A stretch of DNA of 64,000 bases from Phoronis australis (lineage: Eukaryota; Animalia; Phoronida), in the NCBI GenBank assembly GCA_002633005.1, contig NMRA01000687.1:62001-126000 (forward strand), in the 5' to 3' direction. Made by a program: the position numbers and the translations under genes. How positions within the stretch are numbered: position 1 is the stretch's first letter; every line of letters starts with the position of its first letter. Shown here piece by piece: positions 1 to 13,800 of this stretch. The notes beneath the pieces were generated by a model that saw only the letters and a list, made by a program, of their open reading frames with translations, was not told where the DNA came from and made no database searches.

Positions 1-1644
1 TATATTCCTGTCCATGGGTTATTGCGAGTTTAAACCACTTACTGATTCCTAGTTTAAACTGAGTATTTTATAACTCCATACATCAAAGCTTTCATCCATC
101 ACATATTTTCCATTAAACAACAATTTCCATCGTAAACTCTGCTCTAAAAGTGCAACTTAACATCTCATTTCCTACATCTTCTACAATCATCAATCAAAGA
201 ATAGCTCTTGTCTGCTGCCAACTACATCAAATCATGTGCTTCATCAAAAGGGTGATAATTATGGAACTACAACTGACATAAATACGCATCCGAGCAATTT
301 CTTAAAATCATCGGATTTCCTATCACATGACTTCTCTGTCATTAGCTCTTTTTCAGACGCGGTCTATGATAATTCGTTACCTATTTGGTACACAACATGG
401 CGGACAAGTGAAATTTTAATTTGTCAAATTTCTCAACAAACTTTGGCAATTATATTTGTGCAAAATAATGAAGAATTACCTTATTGATGCACCAACTAAT
501 ATTGTCATTTGATCCTAGTTTCCATGATACCTTGTGTCTGACCAAATTCTTGTTTTCTAATCTTTTATTTCAATTTTGCCTTTGATTGTTATTCCCAAAT
601 TGGTCAAGGTACCCCGTATGGCTGTTCTTTTTACTTGAAGGTGTTTGTGCGACTCTTTTAAGTTATGACATCCACTCAACCAGAATGTGGTTCTCAACCG
701 CTGTAGGGAGAGGATGTGGCACAACACATTCAAAATCAGGTCATTAAAAATGGGTACCCTGAAGGCCAGACTATGTCGACCTTCCCAACTCCCCATAAAG
801 CCAAATTTAACCTGCCCATTACAATACCACTTGAGATTGACAGCTGAAGAGACAAAATACCCACAATTCCAGCCTCTTCAGTGTGAGAGCTCCGTGTGTT
901 TTTTGTTTTACGAAATGAATTTAATGGCTTTGCATATTTAACTGAATATTAAAACATAGTTATTGCCGGTCCCTATAACAATATCCGCTTCAAAACAGAA
1001 AAACAAAATTAATAGCTCTACATAGATTTTTCTATTAGCCCTCAAAGCCTTAATGCCACGCTGCTTGACAAACCTGATTTGTTGACTCTACCTGTGATGA
1101 GCCATTCTGCCTTATGTACTTGAGTTTATAGTGTCACAATTTTGCATGTTCGTTGATAAAAAGCAGGCAGGTTTTGTCCAATTACTGTAAACATTCTAGA
1201 CGAGGCAAATATGCTAGAAATATTTTAACTTGTGTTTTGCGAGTTTGGCTAATAAGACAATACAAAATGATCTGTTAATGTATGTGTTAGATACCTTAAT
1301 GTCTCGCATATAGAAAACAAAAATAATTGAAGCTGGATTTTGCCATTTAGCTGCCCAAAAATGAAAATTGAATTAAACCCTTCACAAGATCAGTCCCATA
1401 ATATTCTTTATGGTGTTAGGATTCCATTTCAGTTACCACCAAGAATATCAAAACCATCAGTAGTCCAAAAAAACGGTTAGGATTTTATTGGGTTCAGACC
1501 AGCCCTAAAGTTGGAAGAAATGGAACCCTATCGTGGAAAGGAATATTATGAAAACCGATTTTATGAGAGTAAAAGGCCTAATTTGAATTTCGTTTCCGTG
1601 TCAACTAAATTAAATGATGTGTTAGCAGAGCGTGTTACTTCCAG

Positions 1645-1866
1645 AATCGTGCAGACCTGAGACTGAGAAACAAGCGAAACGAGTCTCCCCTGGATCTGGC
1701 TGCCCAGTACGGACATCTGGGGAGTGTGAAACTGGTGTTGCTGCACGACGGCTCTGTTGTCAAGGAGATCACTCAGTCGCATTCGCCACTCCACCTGGCG
1801 GCCAGAAACGGTCACAAGTCAATTGTTAAGGAGCTGATTGATGCCGGATTTGACATAAATACCACG
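1645..1866 (+). CDS. ANKS1: ANKS1-like exon, ankyrin repeats
   Basis: ccag|[32 protein letters not shown]...[30 protein letters not shown]|gtaacg; phase 0-0. Confidence 0.95.
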
Positions 1867-4800
1867 GTAACGCAACCTAATGGTAGTAGCTGTTGTTTTT
1901 GATGCTTTGGGATTTCAACCGGCTCTAACACCCGTGTTCCATCCATGAAGTGACCTGTAATTGAGGTCACTACTTATCGCTATAAATTGGTCTTTTTCAA
2001 GTTAAAACTATTTGTCTTGTTCCTTTCTCTGATCAGAAATGATATCCAGATTAATTTTTGCAAATAGCTGACAGTTCGTTATCTCTTGAGCCTATGCTTT
2101 GCGCATAACATGACATGCCGTGACAAGTCATATTGTATAGGAATGATTACATGACGTGCTGTGACAAGTCATCTTGTGTAGCAATGACCAACTACCAGTG
2201 AGTTCTTTCAAAACCACGAAATCACTCCTAATTTTTCTCAAGAACAGTTTGAGACCAATTTCATAACGGTAAGTGGTCTAAATAAAAAATTGGTGTTACG
2301 ATTATGGAACATGCTGGTTACAGCAGCATTGAACGCGTACTTTCTGTCAAAAAACAGTTTGGATTTAGACCATTTACAATTAAATACCCTCTTGTTCCTT
2401 TCTTAGTTTACAATTGATCTCTGGGCTCGGGAAGAACTGACAATTCGTCATTTCTTCATAACAAGTTCATTATATTTTATTGGGCTTGTTATGAAGAAAT
2501 AACAAACTAACAGTTCTTTCGAAGCCCTGAAATCGCCTCCAGTTTGACTATAGGTCGATTTGGTACTGATGTTCCAATAGAAAGTGGTTTAAGTTGAAAG
2601 TTGTCTTTTGTTATTCAAGATGGGTCTATGTCTCCTTTAAGCGATCGGTACAATGTAGATTTTTTATGTTATGCCCAGAATTAAGTCATTGGTGACACAA
2701 GACTACTTATCTGAACTTTAAATTTGTCTATTGTATTTTTTTTATTGTCATAAGCATATTAACCTTGCTCTATTTGAATTATTTAGGACAATGTATTGTG
2801 GGCAGTTGCAAATACTCTGTCCTTTATCGCAAGTCAAATGTATGTGTATCGTTTGATTGCACTGTAAGCCTTATAGTATTCGAAAAAGGTTTTACTCTTT
2901 GACATTTAACTTCTAAATTCAATGTCAACATTTGCTATTTTTTAATTACTATATTTTCAGTCATTGTCAAAGGCCTAACAAACTTTTTATATTGTTCTAA
3001 ATCTGGAAAATATACTGCTGTTTTATACGTAATAACTGTACTCAGTGCCTACATTATTCTCATGCTTAAAGCTTTATTGTTTCATATTTTCCAGACAGAA
3101 ACGGGTTCAGCATTACATGAAGCTGTGTTGTATGGAAAACACGAAGTGATTAAGGTGTTGCTTCGACACGGTAAGCATGTGTGCGTGCGTGCGGGCGTGT
3201 GTTGATGATTGCGGTTAGGAATACAGGGTAAGTCAAAAGCACTGTATGCACGTCAGCCGTAATGGGCTTCATAATGCGTGTACGTCCTAGATGGTGTTAA
3301 TTCAGCGATAAACGTTTCAACTCTCACTATCAAAGTCTGTGGCATTAGACGATCTTATTGCAGACTGAGCTATTTTGCTAATCCCCACAATCCGTAGACT
3401 TTCATTAGATTGATTGATCTCGTGTGGTAAGAATTTAATGAATTTTGTGCATGTTTACACTTTATTCTACCTACAAAATGTGAATATGTATCCTCAGGTT
3501 GTATCACCTCACAGTTCTTGCATGGAATTTATACTCTGTTGTGGTAGCTTTAGTTTTTGTTTGTGTTTTGCTATAGTCAATGTCATTTGGGCCTGATTTG
3601 CTAGTACTTCGTGTTGAGACAAGGGGAAATTAAAAAAAAAATTAAATAAAAACCCCTTTCCTCGAAGGACACGTGATTGTCCATAGCTGTGATGTTATTG
3701 ATATTACCCACACATGACGTACTGGTATGAAGTCTGACCAAACAATCTCCAAATTTGTGCGCACGTGAAAAAGAGATCCTATTCAGAAATGTTTTTTAAG
3801 AAAATCACACAAACACACTGTCGAAAGCAGAATTATGAAGTCACTGGTCCCTACACATTGCAGTCGTAAGCGCAACGGTTACTGTCTTGTAATTCTTTCC
3901 CTATGGCGTTTGCAAAATAGAAAGACACCGGAAAACTTTGGCAATGAAGAAGCTATTTCATGCCAGTTGCGTGTGTTTCAAGGATACATGCTGAAACCAC
4001 TAGATGTATTTACGTTAAAATTGCGCTCCTTGCTTTTCTGTTTGAAAAAATTCAAACTTCTGATAGAGTATTCAGTCACTGAAATTCTTGATAATTATAT
4101 TTTGGTCTGGCCTATGGTGTTAGCAAAATGAACCCCTGCAAGGTCCATCTTATTGAAAGGCATACCTTGTCCAAGTGTGGACTTAGTGTCAAACAAACAA
4201 TTTATTCTCAAAGATTGTCACAGCTAAACAAATTTGTTACCAACTTCCCATTGCTCTATATGATAAAACTGTGTGTAGTTGCCAATGTTGACAAAATGGA
4301 AGTCTCATTTGTTAACAAAGCTCGTATACTAGGTTTTCACTAGTGGCAAAAATGATAGCAGTTTTTCAGTTGTGAAAATCTGAGCTAGCCAAGGGTGTGT
4401 TACTTTCAAATTGAGAATTGGGTGTTGAAGCACGTTCACTTTCGCCTGCGAATTTATGAATGCAACTATAAACAACGTGCGGTCAGGCTAGCAAAAACAC
4501 CAGCTGTTTGGAGTAATTTAAAGCAACAATGAAAATGACCGTTGCAGCTATTAACTACGTTTTCTTCACAGAATGGTGTAGTGAACAGTATAGCAGTTTA
4601 GCCAGCACCTCAGTGGGTATTAACATAGCTATAAGTCCGCCTTCTGTCACGAAAAAACAACTTTTGTCATAGACCACTAACCATGGTGAAATGGGTCTCA
4701 AATTGAAGCTATAAATCTTAAACTGGCATGGAAATATGAATAATACAAATTTTAAACGGGCATGAAATATAGATTGCAAACATTTATAAATCAGGTAAGC

Positions 4801-7800
4801 ACGTCTTACTTAATATATTCATTAGGTCACGTAATGTGGCCAAGAGGTGGCATGCTGACCGGACTTATAAATGTTCACAAAATTGTTCCTTTAGTCAAAA
4901 TAGATGTAATTTCTGGGTTTTGGAAGAAATGACAGTTTGTTATTGGTTGAGATCAGGCTCTACAAGTTGACTCGTTGCGGCGTGTCATTTTATTTGCCGA
5001 ATATGATCTTTAGCTATAACAAACTGTCATTTCTTTGAAAGACTATGGAACAGGTTGAGACCAATTCTTAAGTGTTAAGTGGTTTAAACCAAAAGTTAGT
5101 TTCTTTGACAGACTGCGGGTTTGTAGCCAGCTTGAATGTTTTGTTGTTATATGTTGTATGTTACTATATGTTGTTATGTTACCTGGCTTTAAGTGTTGTA
5201 AGTTTAGCATGCTTTGAATCTGCAGAAATCGACGCTGAACTGACTGACCGTGATGGCCACACAGCTGTGCATAATTCAGAACAGCACAAATCCGAGAGGA
5301 GTCTTGAAATAAAACGACTCGTCGAAGGTAAAAGTTGATTTGCAGACCGTGTTGACTTTCGACTATCTGCAGATAATGTGCCAACCATGCCAACAAGAAT
5401 CAAAAAATCCTTAATGGGTTAGCAAAATGTAACATTAATGTACCTGTAAAAATCGCTTATTGTTCAAAATCAGCTCTGATGAATGGCCGTTGTGATAATA
5501 AAATAGTTAAAATTATTTTATTATCACGATGTCCCCTGATAACGGTTAACTAACTGCTGCTGCTGAATTTTGAGACTGTTTTTTGTTATTTGGACATGGA
5601 GGGTAGCTTAACAAACTGTGATTGTTTGCCATCCAAACTTTTATGCGTCACGTGATTATCAAGTAATGTCATGTCATACTATCTCCAGGTGGGATTGTTT
5701 CTGTCATCTGTAGTAACCATCGTTGTCCGCCAGGTGGAGCTAGGTATCAATATCAAGCTGGGTAACTTGGTAACTCTTCACTGATTTAGCTCACACTATG
5801 GAACAAAAGAAGGATTTTACTTTGTGGAATTAACAACAAAAATAAATGTCAAAAAGTACTAATCTTCACAACTAGCATGCTTTGAATAGTAGTCATATGG
5901 AGCAGTGTGGACAAAATTTTGGGTAAAGTAGCCAGTCTTTGAAGAATAACAAGTAAAATTTTAGATACAATGGTCGGCCTTTGCAGAAAACGAAATTTTG
6001 GCCAGATTTCAAAATTGTTGAACAAAATGATGCATCCAAGGCTAGTTAAGGACTGGAAAATGTGCATCCGTCAAGTGAAACGTGGGGGCCGGCAACCGCA
6101 CAAAACGAAGGAGCCATTTCATAAATATGACTAAGCGTGGTTCACTTGTCCAACTACTGGAGCCTGGGACAAAAGTTCATTTTCCTTGTTCTTAGGTGCA
6201 TGACATCAGGCTCATTAATTTTGTTCGCCCGAGGAGTGCATAATAAATTGAACGTTGTACCTTCAGTTTAAAGTTTTGTCGTTTTCGCAAAATGAAATCA
6301 ATATTTGAACACTGCTTGGCATATTCTATTTTTGTGAGAAATAGGATGTGAAGATTTACCATATCCATGTATTACTCAGGTTGTTCTCACTCTAACTAAT
6401 TTGGTGTTTATTTTGTTGTTCTGGACCATTACTTCTTCACTCTAAGGGACCTATATTAAAGTGCTCTGCTTTGGAACGGTGAAAATTAATTATTTTGCTC
6501 AAGGTCGCAGCTTGTACTAAACTTCAGAAATAGGCAATATTGGCCATTCTGAATCCAAGACTTACAATTAAAGACATAGGATCAGTCATCTCGATGTTAT
6601 TCACTATGGGGATGCATTGAAATTTTGTGTTGGTGGCTATTTTTTGTTCAATGATTTTACGAACTGCAAAGTTTATTTTATTTCAGATAATAAGACCCAG
6701 TGGCCGATATTTGATAAATAACTGAATGCAAAAATTGCCCACGACCCAATCTTCTGAATGAAGAATCAAATTCAACCTTCTCTTGAATTTTGGTGTCCCA
6801 AATTTTATAGGTTGCCAAACTGGAGAATGTTTACTGTAGTAATGGCAGCACCCATTAGTTAGAGCATGAACAAAAGCTAACCAATGGCCATCCTTGTTTA
6901 CAACAGACTGCAGCCTCTGTGCCTGATTTCAAGCTTTTGAATACACAAATATACATACTGGCCTTCCTTATTTACATAATATCTCTGGGTGTGGACATAA
7001 CAGCTGTGATTTTGTCTATGTTTATCTGTTTTGTGTGGAAATTGTTAATTAATTACAATAGCGTACTTTAATGTCTCGTATGTTTGGTAGATGAAGTAAG
7101 GTATTTAACTGTGTTTTTCTGTGACGTACAAATAACACTGCTTTTATTAGTAGTACTGAGCAAAACATTTTTTCAAATGAACTCTTGTGGAGCAATCTGT
7201 GTGGTTTCTGATCAAAGATGGATATCAAATGTCAGTCACTCACGAGGTGTGAATTTTTACTTACCTGAGTTTTGAAATCAAAGCGTGGTTTTGTGCGGGA
7301 CACACTTTGCTTATTTACCATATCGTGATATGAAAGAGTATGTATTTTAGAATCTCTCCCTCTTGCCGCTGTTTATGTTTCATGCTGCTACAATTATGAA
7401 GTAATGTGCTTTCTTTGTGAAATTTGTTAACTCAAGCGTTTTGTGTGTAGGTGTACATGCGCCTCTACTTCACTTATGAGTGCAAATGGCTGTCACTTAT
7501 GTTTGCGCATATTTTAATTTCAGCGTTTTTGTCCATTCTTAGTTGTTTTCTATTATTGCATTTCAAATATCTCCCATACGGTTTCAAATCTGGACAAAGG
7601 TCTTTTCCAAGTCTATTGAGATTAGCGTTCTTGCGATCTTTTGTTAGAGCTCACTGAGTCATAATACCCAGTAAGACCAATTATGTAGTCTAGTTACGTC
7701 CCTTGGTCAACAAAACAGAAACGATGACGTCATTTTTGGGTGCCATTTATCGCAGTCTAACTTTTCACTGGGAATTCAATTTCAGAAGTCAAACAGATTG

Positions 7801-10800
7801 AAAAATGATCAGTTTTATACCCCAATAGTTCAGCCTGTATTTTACTTCCCTAAAATCATCGCTAATGCGGTAATTGCCCTGCTCCACACAAAAGAAGCTG
7901 GATCAGGGTTCCTGATATTGAAGGACTTTATCTACGGCGATCTGTGTACAAATCTGTAGTGATGGTACGGGCCAAGTTTCTGATAAGTAGATGATAATAC
8001 ATAGTACGCAAGAACATTCTGTCGGTTTTGTAATGGATAAGGAATTTGCTCCTCGGTTTTATTCACGTGTTTAGCAACGGCGTGGACCTATAATTCTGGA
8101 TATAGGCACAGCTCAACATGTAGGAGCGTGGGCCTAAATATGTGGCATATAGAAATATTTGTCGTGTTTGTTTCCTGTTATGAGATTTATTGTTTTGCGC
8201 TGTTTTAGTTAAGATGAGAATTTTGCATTGCACTTACACTCTCCGACATTGTCGAAGAAAGTGCATTTTTATTTTATGTCCTCGCATTCGTGCCAATTCA
8301 AAATGCTTGTCACATGGACTAATTTTCTATGAAAATTACTTAAGACAGAAATTTGGTCCTACACTCCCACTTCCCAATTGCTGAAAAAAGTTTAGACAAG
8401 TCCAGTAATTAAAAGTTAATTACAGTCAGGAAATCCTTGAAATCATCTCAGTTTCTAACAGCTATGTGCGTATTCTCAGAATCTTTGGACTTTTAGACAA
8501 GTGAGATTTAATTACTTTGTACAAACAATCATGTGGAACATAAGAGCAAATTTCTGACTTAAGTCTAAAAGTCTGACCTCTTAATGAGGCAGACCCCAGG
8601 TGTCGTGACTGTTATGTTTTGCTCATTTTCGTTCACATCCTCCTCACCAGAATATATTGCTCAGAAGAGAATCCCGATCCTTGACCGTATGACAATGGGC
8701 CAGCAGCTGTTGGACTCCTACGATCTTCCGTCACCATTGAAACCCACACCAGCAGATTGGACACTGGCCGCAGACACCAATGGAAAGACTGGAGAACATG
8801 GGGACGCAGAAGGGTAAGATATCGCAACATGACATCACCTATGTACAGTACAAGCCAAACGTATGGCAGGCAAAATTCCCGGGAATTCCCTGTCATGACC
8901 GCTGGGTGGAAGTCGGAGTAGTCTCTCCTGATGTCCGAGAATGAAAGGGAATGAACAGGAAAGTTTAAAAGTAAGGTGGCTAATTAATTCAGGAATCAAA
9001 ATTTTGTCAGCACTACAGTTGTTACCTAACATTTTAGCTGTTTGAAGAATTAGCTGTCATAGCTGTTTGATGGCTTCTGTCTTGTACTGTACACAGTATT
9101 GTTACAATAACCAGTATGTAGGCCAACAGCAGGGGGAGCCACTCTCCATGAGTGTTGAGAGCTGCTCGGTTCAGACAACACAGCTTAAACTGATTCACTG
9201 ATGCATGTATTTCTGATGATTTTGGGGTGTTTGAGAGCATGTGCACTAATTGTTTATTTTTCACAAATATTATGCCACTGTTTTTCAAGAGCTACTATGC
9301 ATATCATGATTGCCATGACGTTATTGGTCTTTCAGTGGTAACAACAGATGGCGTGTGGAACAAGGACCTGTTTCGTTAAAACAGTGTCATAAATTCACGT
9401 TTTTAACAAAAATTAATGAGATGTGTTCAGACCAACTGAACTCCCTTGTAACTCTTTCCATAGTTGTAATTTATGTATTACTGTTCAAGCTGATGGTTAA
9501 AACTGTTGTAACCTTCGTTCGTGGTTTTAATGCCATTGTCAAGTCGTCAGTGTTATTGCTTTCTGATACATCCAGGGCCCGGTCTCCAATCTTTTTACTC
9601 GAAATGGAACTCGAAATTAGGTTTGGCATTTTCTACTCTACTTTTGGGCGAACTCAAGATAAGTGTCTATTATTCTATGCTCGAGTACACAATAACTTAC
9701 GTAGATAATTTATTGCCCTTAGTTCACAGTTTGTAAACCCAAAATTAAAGCAATAAGTTCGAGTTTCAACTCAAAATTTCGAGTTTTTACTCGAGTTTGT
9801 AGCACGAATATCAGGGTCTTCAAGAGCAAACTTGAACTAGAAACTCCTATGCATAAACTATAATGTATTGGAGCACAGTCTGATAACCAATTATCTTAAG
9901 TTCGCACAAAAGGAGCAGAGAAATTGCCAAAAATAGTTTTGAGTACAAAGATTAGAGACCGGGCCCTGGTTAGTACTTTGGTGCGCCATTGTTTCCAACA
10001 ACAGCAGCACTATCTACTGATTAAGTTTTGCGACTGCCATACTCAGTTACAACAGGTATAGCCTCTCACTAAACCACACTCACAGAGCATTATAGTCACA
10101 TCACAGTTACAACTTTTGAAAGTGGTTTTAAAGTGTTCAGACTGAGAATTACAAGGGTTACCTTTAAATCGGTTTTATAAGTTATAACCGCTTTGGTGTG
10201 AGTAGGGTTCAAGTTCAAGTGAAGACCTACAACAAAATTTTTGTCTGGTTTTAAAGTTACACTTTTGAAAGGAAATTTTGAATTTCTTGATCAAAATGAT
10301 TTTCAACAAAAATATTTTTCTTTATTTTGTATACTAGGTGTCTTAAAACTCTATTCTGTCAAAACTGATTGTTTATAGCTATGTAATCAACGAATGGAAA
10401 TATGACATTGGTCTCAATGATTTTGTGGGTTATTATTGAAAAATTATCATAATATTAAATTGACCATTTGTAATTAAGAGTGATGGATGACACAAATTCC
10501 AATAAACTGCTGAAAACGGCGCCTCTATGAATTAATTTTTGTGACTAATTGTTTATTTGCCAATTACTTGGCAATTAATTGAGCGATAATTTCTGCACAT
10601 ATATTTCTTGCCGATACAGCCATGCCTGCTGGCCACTGTTATGTTCAGCAAACAAGAGTTTTGAGTTGATGCTATTAATAATGGTAAAGAAGTTTTATAG
10701 TTTAGCAATCTTTTGAAGCCAATAAAACAACATGATTCACAAATGTTTCTGCTACTTAATGTGTGTCTGAGGTGTCATTTTGCCAGTGAGTCATGCATCA

Positions 10801-13800
10801 GTTTGAACATTAAGCGTTGTGTTTGCGCAGCTCACCGCACTGTGTTGAAATAAGCTTAAAGTTTCAGGGAATTTTTAACAAAGTCAACCTTCTTTCGTGG
10901 GAGTGGGAAGATAGTGTTGAATGTATTTTCGAGACATTGCAGTGCGAGGTTTGCTTCTGTCTGCTAAAACTGCCTAGTATTGGATATCAAAGGAATTGTG
11001 GCAGCTAGGAGACGTGATTTGGTTGTACCTAAGCTGCCATGCACGTTCCACTGTGCTGTTGCAGTCCATTTATAGCTTCTACTCCGGTCCACAGGAGGGC
11101 GCCACCACCCGACACCAGTCCTCCTGATGTTCCTAAACCTGCACCAAGACGATCAGAAGTCAGGACTTCCATATACGATGTGCCAGTAAACGTGATTCCA
11201 GTGGGTGAGTAAGGCCATATGTAATGTAATTCCAGTAGGTGAATAGAACCATATTTAACATGATTACAGTGGGTGAGTAGGACCATATTTAACATGATTA
11301 CAGTGGGTGAGTAGGACAATATTTAACATAATTCCAGTAAATGAGTAGGACCATATTTAACATGATTCCAGTTGGTGAGTAGGACAATATTTAACATAAT
11401 TCCAGTAAGTGAGTAGGACCATACTTAACATGATTCCAGTTGGTGAGTAGGACAATATTTAACATAATTCCAGTAAGTGAGGAGGACCATATTTAACATG
11501 ATTCCAGTTGGTGAGCAAGACAATATTTAACATAATTCCAGTAAGTGAGTAGGACCATATTTAACAAGATTCCAGTTGGTGAGTAGGACAATATTTAACA
11601 TAATTCCAGTAAGTGAGTAGGACCATATTTAACATGATTGCAGTTAGTGAGTAGGACAATGTTTAACATAATTCCAGCAAGTGAGTAGGACCATATTTAA
11701 CATGATTCCAGTTGGTGAGTAGGACAATATTTAACATAATTCCAGTAAGTGAGTAGGACCATATTTAACATGATTGCAGTTGGTGAGTAGGACAATATTT
11801 AACATAATTCCAGTAAGTGAGTAGAACCATATTTAACATGATTGCAGTTGGTGAGTAGGACAATATTTAACATAATTCCAGTAAGTGAGTAGGACCATAT
11901 TTAACATGATTCCAGTTGGTGAGTAGGACAATATTTAACATAATTCCAGTAAGTGAGTAGGACCATATTTAACATGATTCCAGTTGGTGAGTAGGACAAT
12001 ATTTAACATAATTCCAGTAAGTGAGTAAGTAGGACCATATTTAACATGATTGCAGTTGGTGAGTAGGGCAATATTTAACATAATTCCAGTAAGTGGGTAG
12101 GACCATATTTAACATGATTCCAGTTGGTGAGTAGGACCATATTTAATAATATTTCAGCGGGTGAGTTGGACCGTATTTAACATTTATTCCAGTTAATGAG
12201 TTTCTAAAGACTATATTTAATATTATTCCACTGAGTGAGTAGGACCATATTTAACATTATTCTAGTGGGTGAGTAGGACCATATTTAACATTATTCTAGT
12301 TGGAGAGTAGAACCATGTTTGGCCAGCTGGTGAGTTGGACCATTATTTTTAACATTTTTCCAGTGGACCATCTATAACATTATTGCGATGAGTGAGGAGG
12401 ACCATACTTTCCTTTCAAATGTTTGGTTTCTTGGCTCCATTGCATGGCTGTTTGATACCAAGTAAAGAATTTTGTCTGCATTATTAATACTATGTTGCCA
12501 ATGAAACGTAAGACCAAAGATTTAGAGACAAGCGTCATGAAATTAGCATTCAAGTGCTAATTTTGTTTTTAATTACAGCAATCTCTCTTCAGTTTGGCAG
12601 AAAATAATAGCCAAAATTGCAAAATTTTCAGTTTTCACAAGAATGACTACCGATATTTATAATGCTCAAAATTTTGGTTTAGATTAATGGTAGCTTTACT
12701 AAAAAATTTGACAAATTAAGATTCCACAGATTTGCTAAATTTCGTTTACTAGAATTTTGTTTAAAATGTTTCCTGGAATTGCCTGTAGAACATGACAGTT
12801 GTCAACACAGAACAGCATGTGATCATGAGAAATTCTTCACTGTCGAATGTGTAACCTTGCACGAAACTTCTAGGCCCAGGTCGAATTGCGTGCCTAATTC
12901 CCAGAGTATTTTTTCAATTTTAAGTGATGTGATTGATCAGTTGTGGCAGGTCGCAGGCTCTGATTGACGATGAAAGCAACAGAGTGTTATCGTACTGAAA
13001 GTTTCTAACATCATATCTGAAACCCGAGGTCTATTTAGAGGTTCCTGTCAATAGATATTAAGATTTTAGAAATGATGGTTTATCATCACCTTCTCAAACT
13101 GGTTTTAGGAAATCAGGTCGAAAGCGGTCTGTGTAATGTTCCTCGTAAAATGATGAATCATGTATTTTCAGACGACCAGGGAAGCCCGAAACCGTTGAAA
13201 GGCTATGTTCTTCTATCACCAAACTCCCCTTCAAGGTCACCTGTAAGTAGTCTTTGTTAATTAGGATAATTATCCAAAGTTAATTTCATTTTTAAGAACT
13301 ATATGTAGCGTTTTCCCAACAATTCCAAAGACTGAGGTCCAGATGATGGACCAAAGACTGCAGAGAGTGCTTAACCAGATTGATATCTGCGCTGTCCATC
13401 TATAGTTGAAACTGAATTGGAAATATTTGTTATGGACTTTTCCATGAAGTATTTTGATCATGTAGGTTGGGTTTCATACTTAATGTCGTTTTTAGTCAAC
13501 AATTAGCAACTTGTATACAGTCAATGGAGAGAAACCAAAATGTTTGTGTGCAAAACCAACTTATGGATGTCTTGGCAAAGATCGCGTTATGGTGGCTATA
13601 AATCTGCCCTCCATTGTTTTAAAATTGGTCTCAAATTGTTCCGTAGTCATACTGAAAGAACCGACAGTCTGTTATTTCTCGAGATCTGGCCCCAATAGTT
13701 GATTTGTCACGACATGTTATTCTATGCGGCGAGTAATTAGTCTTAAGGAATATTGAACTTTCAGTTCTTTACATACCCAGAACTCACTTCTCAGCTGAGC

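Noticed and set aside
11187-12406. CRISPR-like array (34-bp repeats)
   Set aside because: Units are head-to-tail with no unique spacers, no cas genes are present and the context is a eukaryotic intron.
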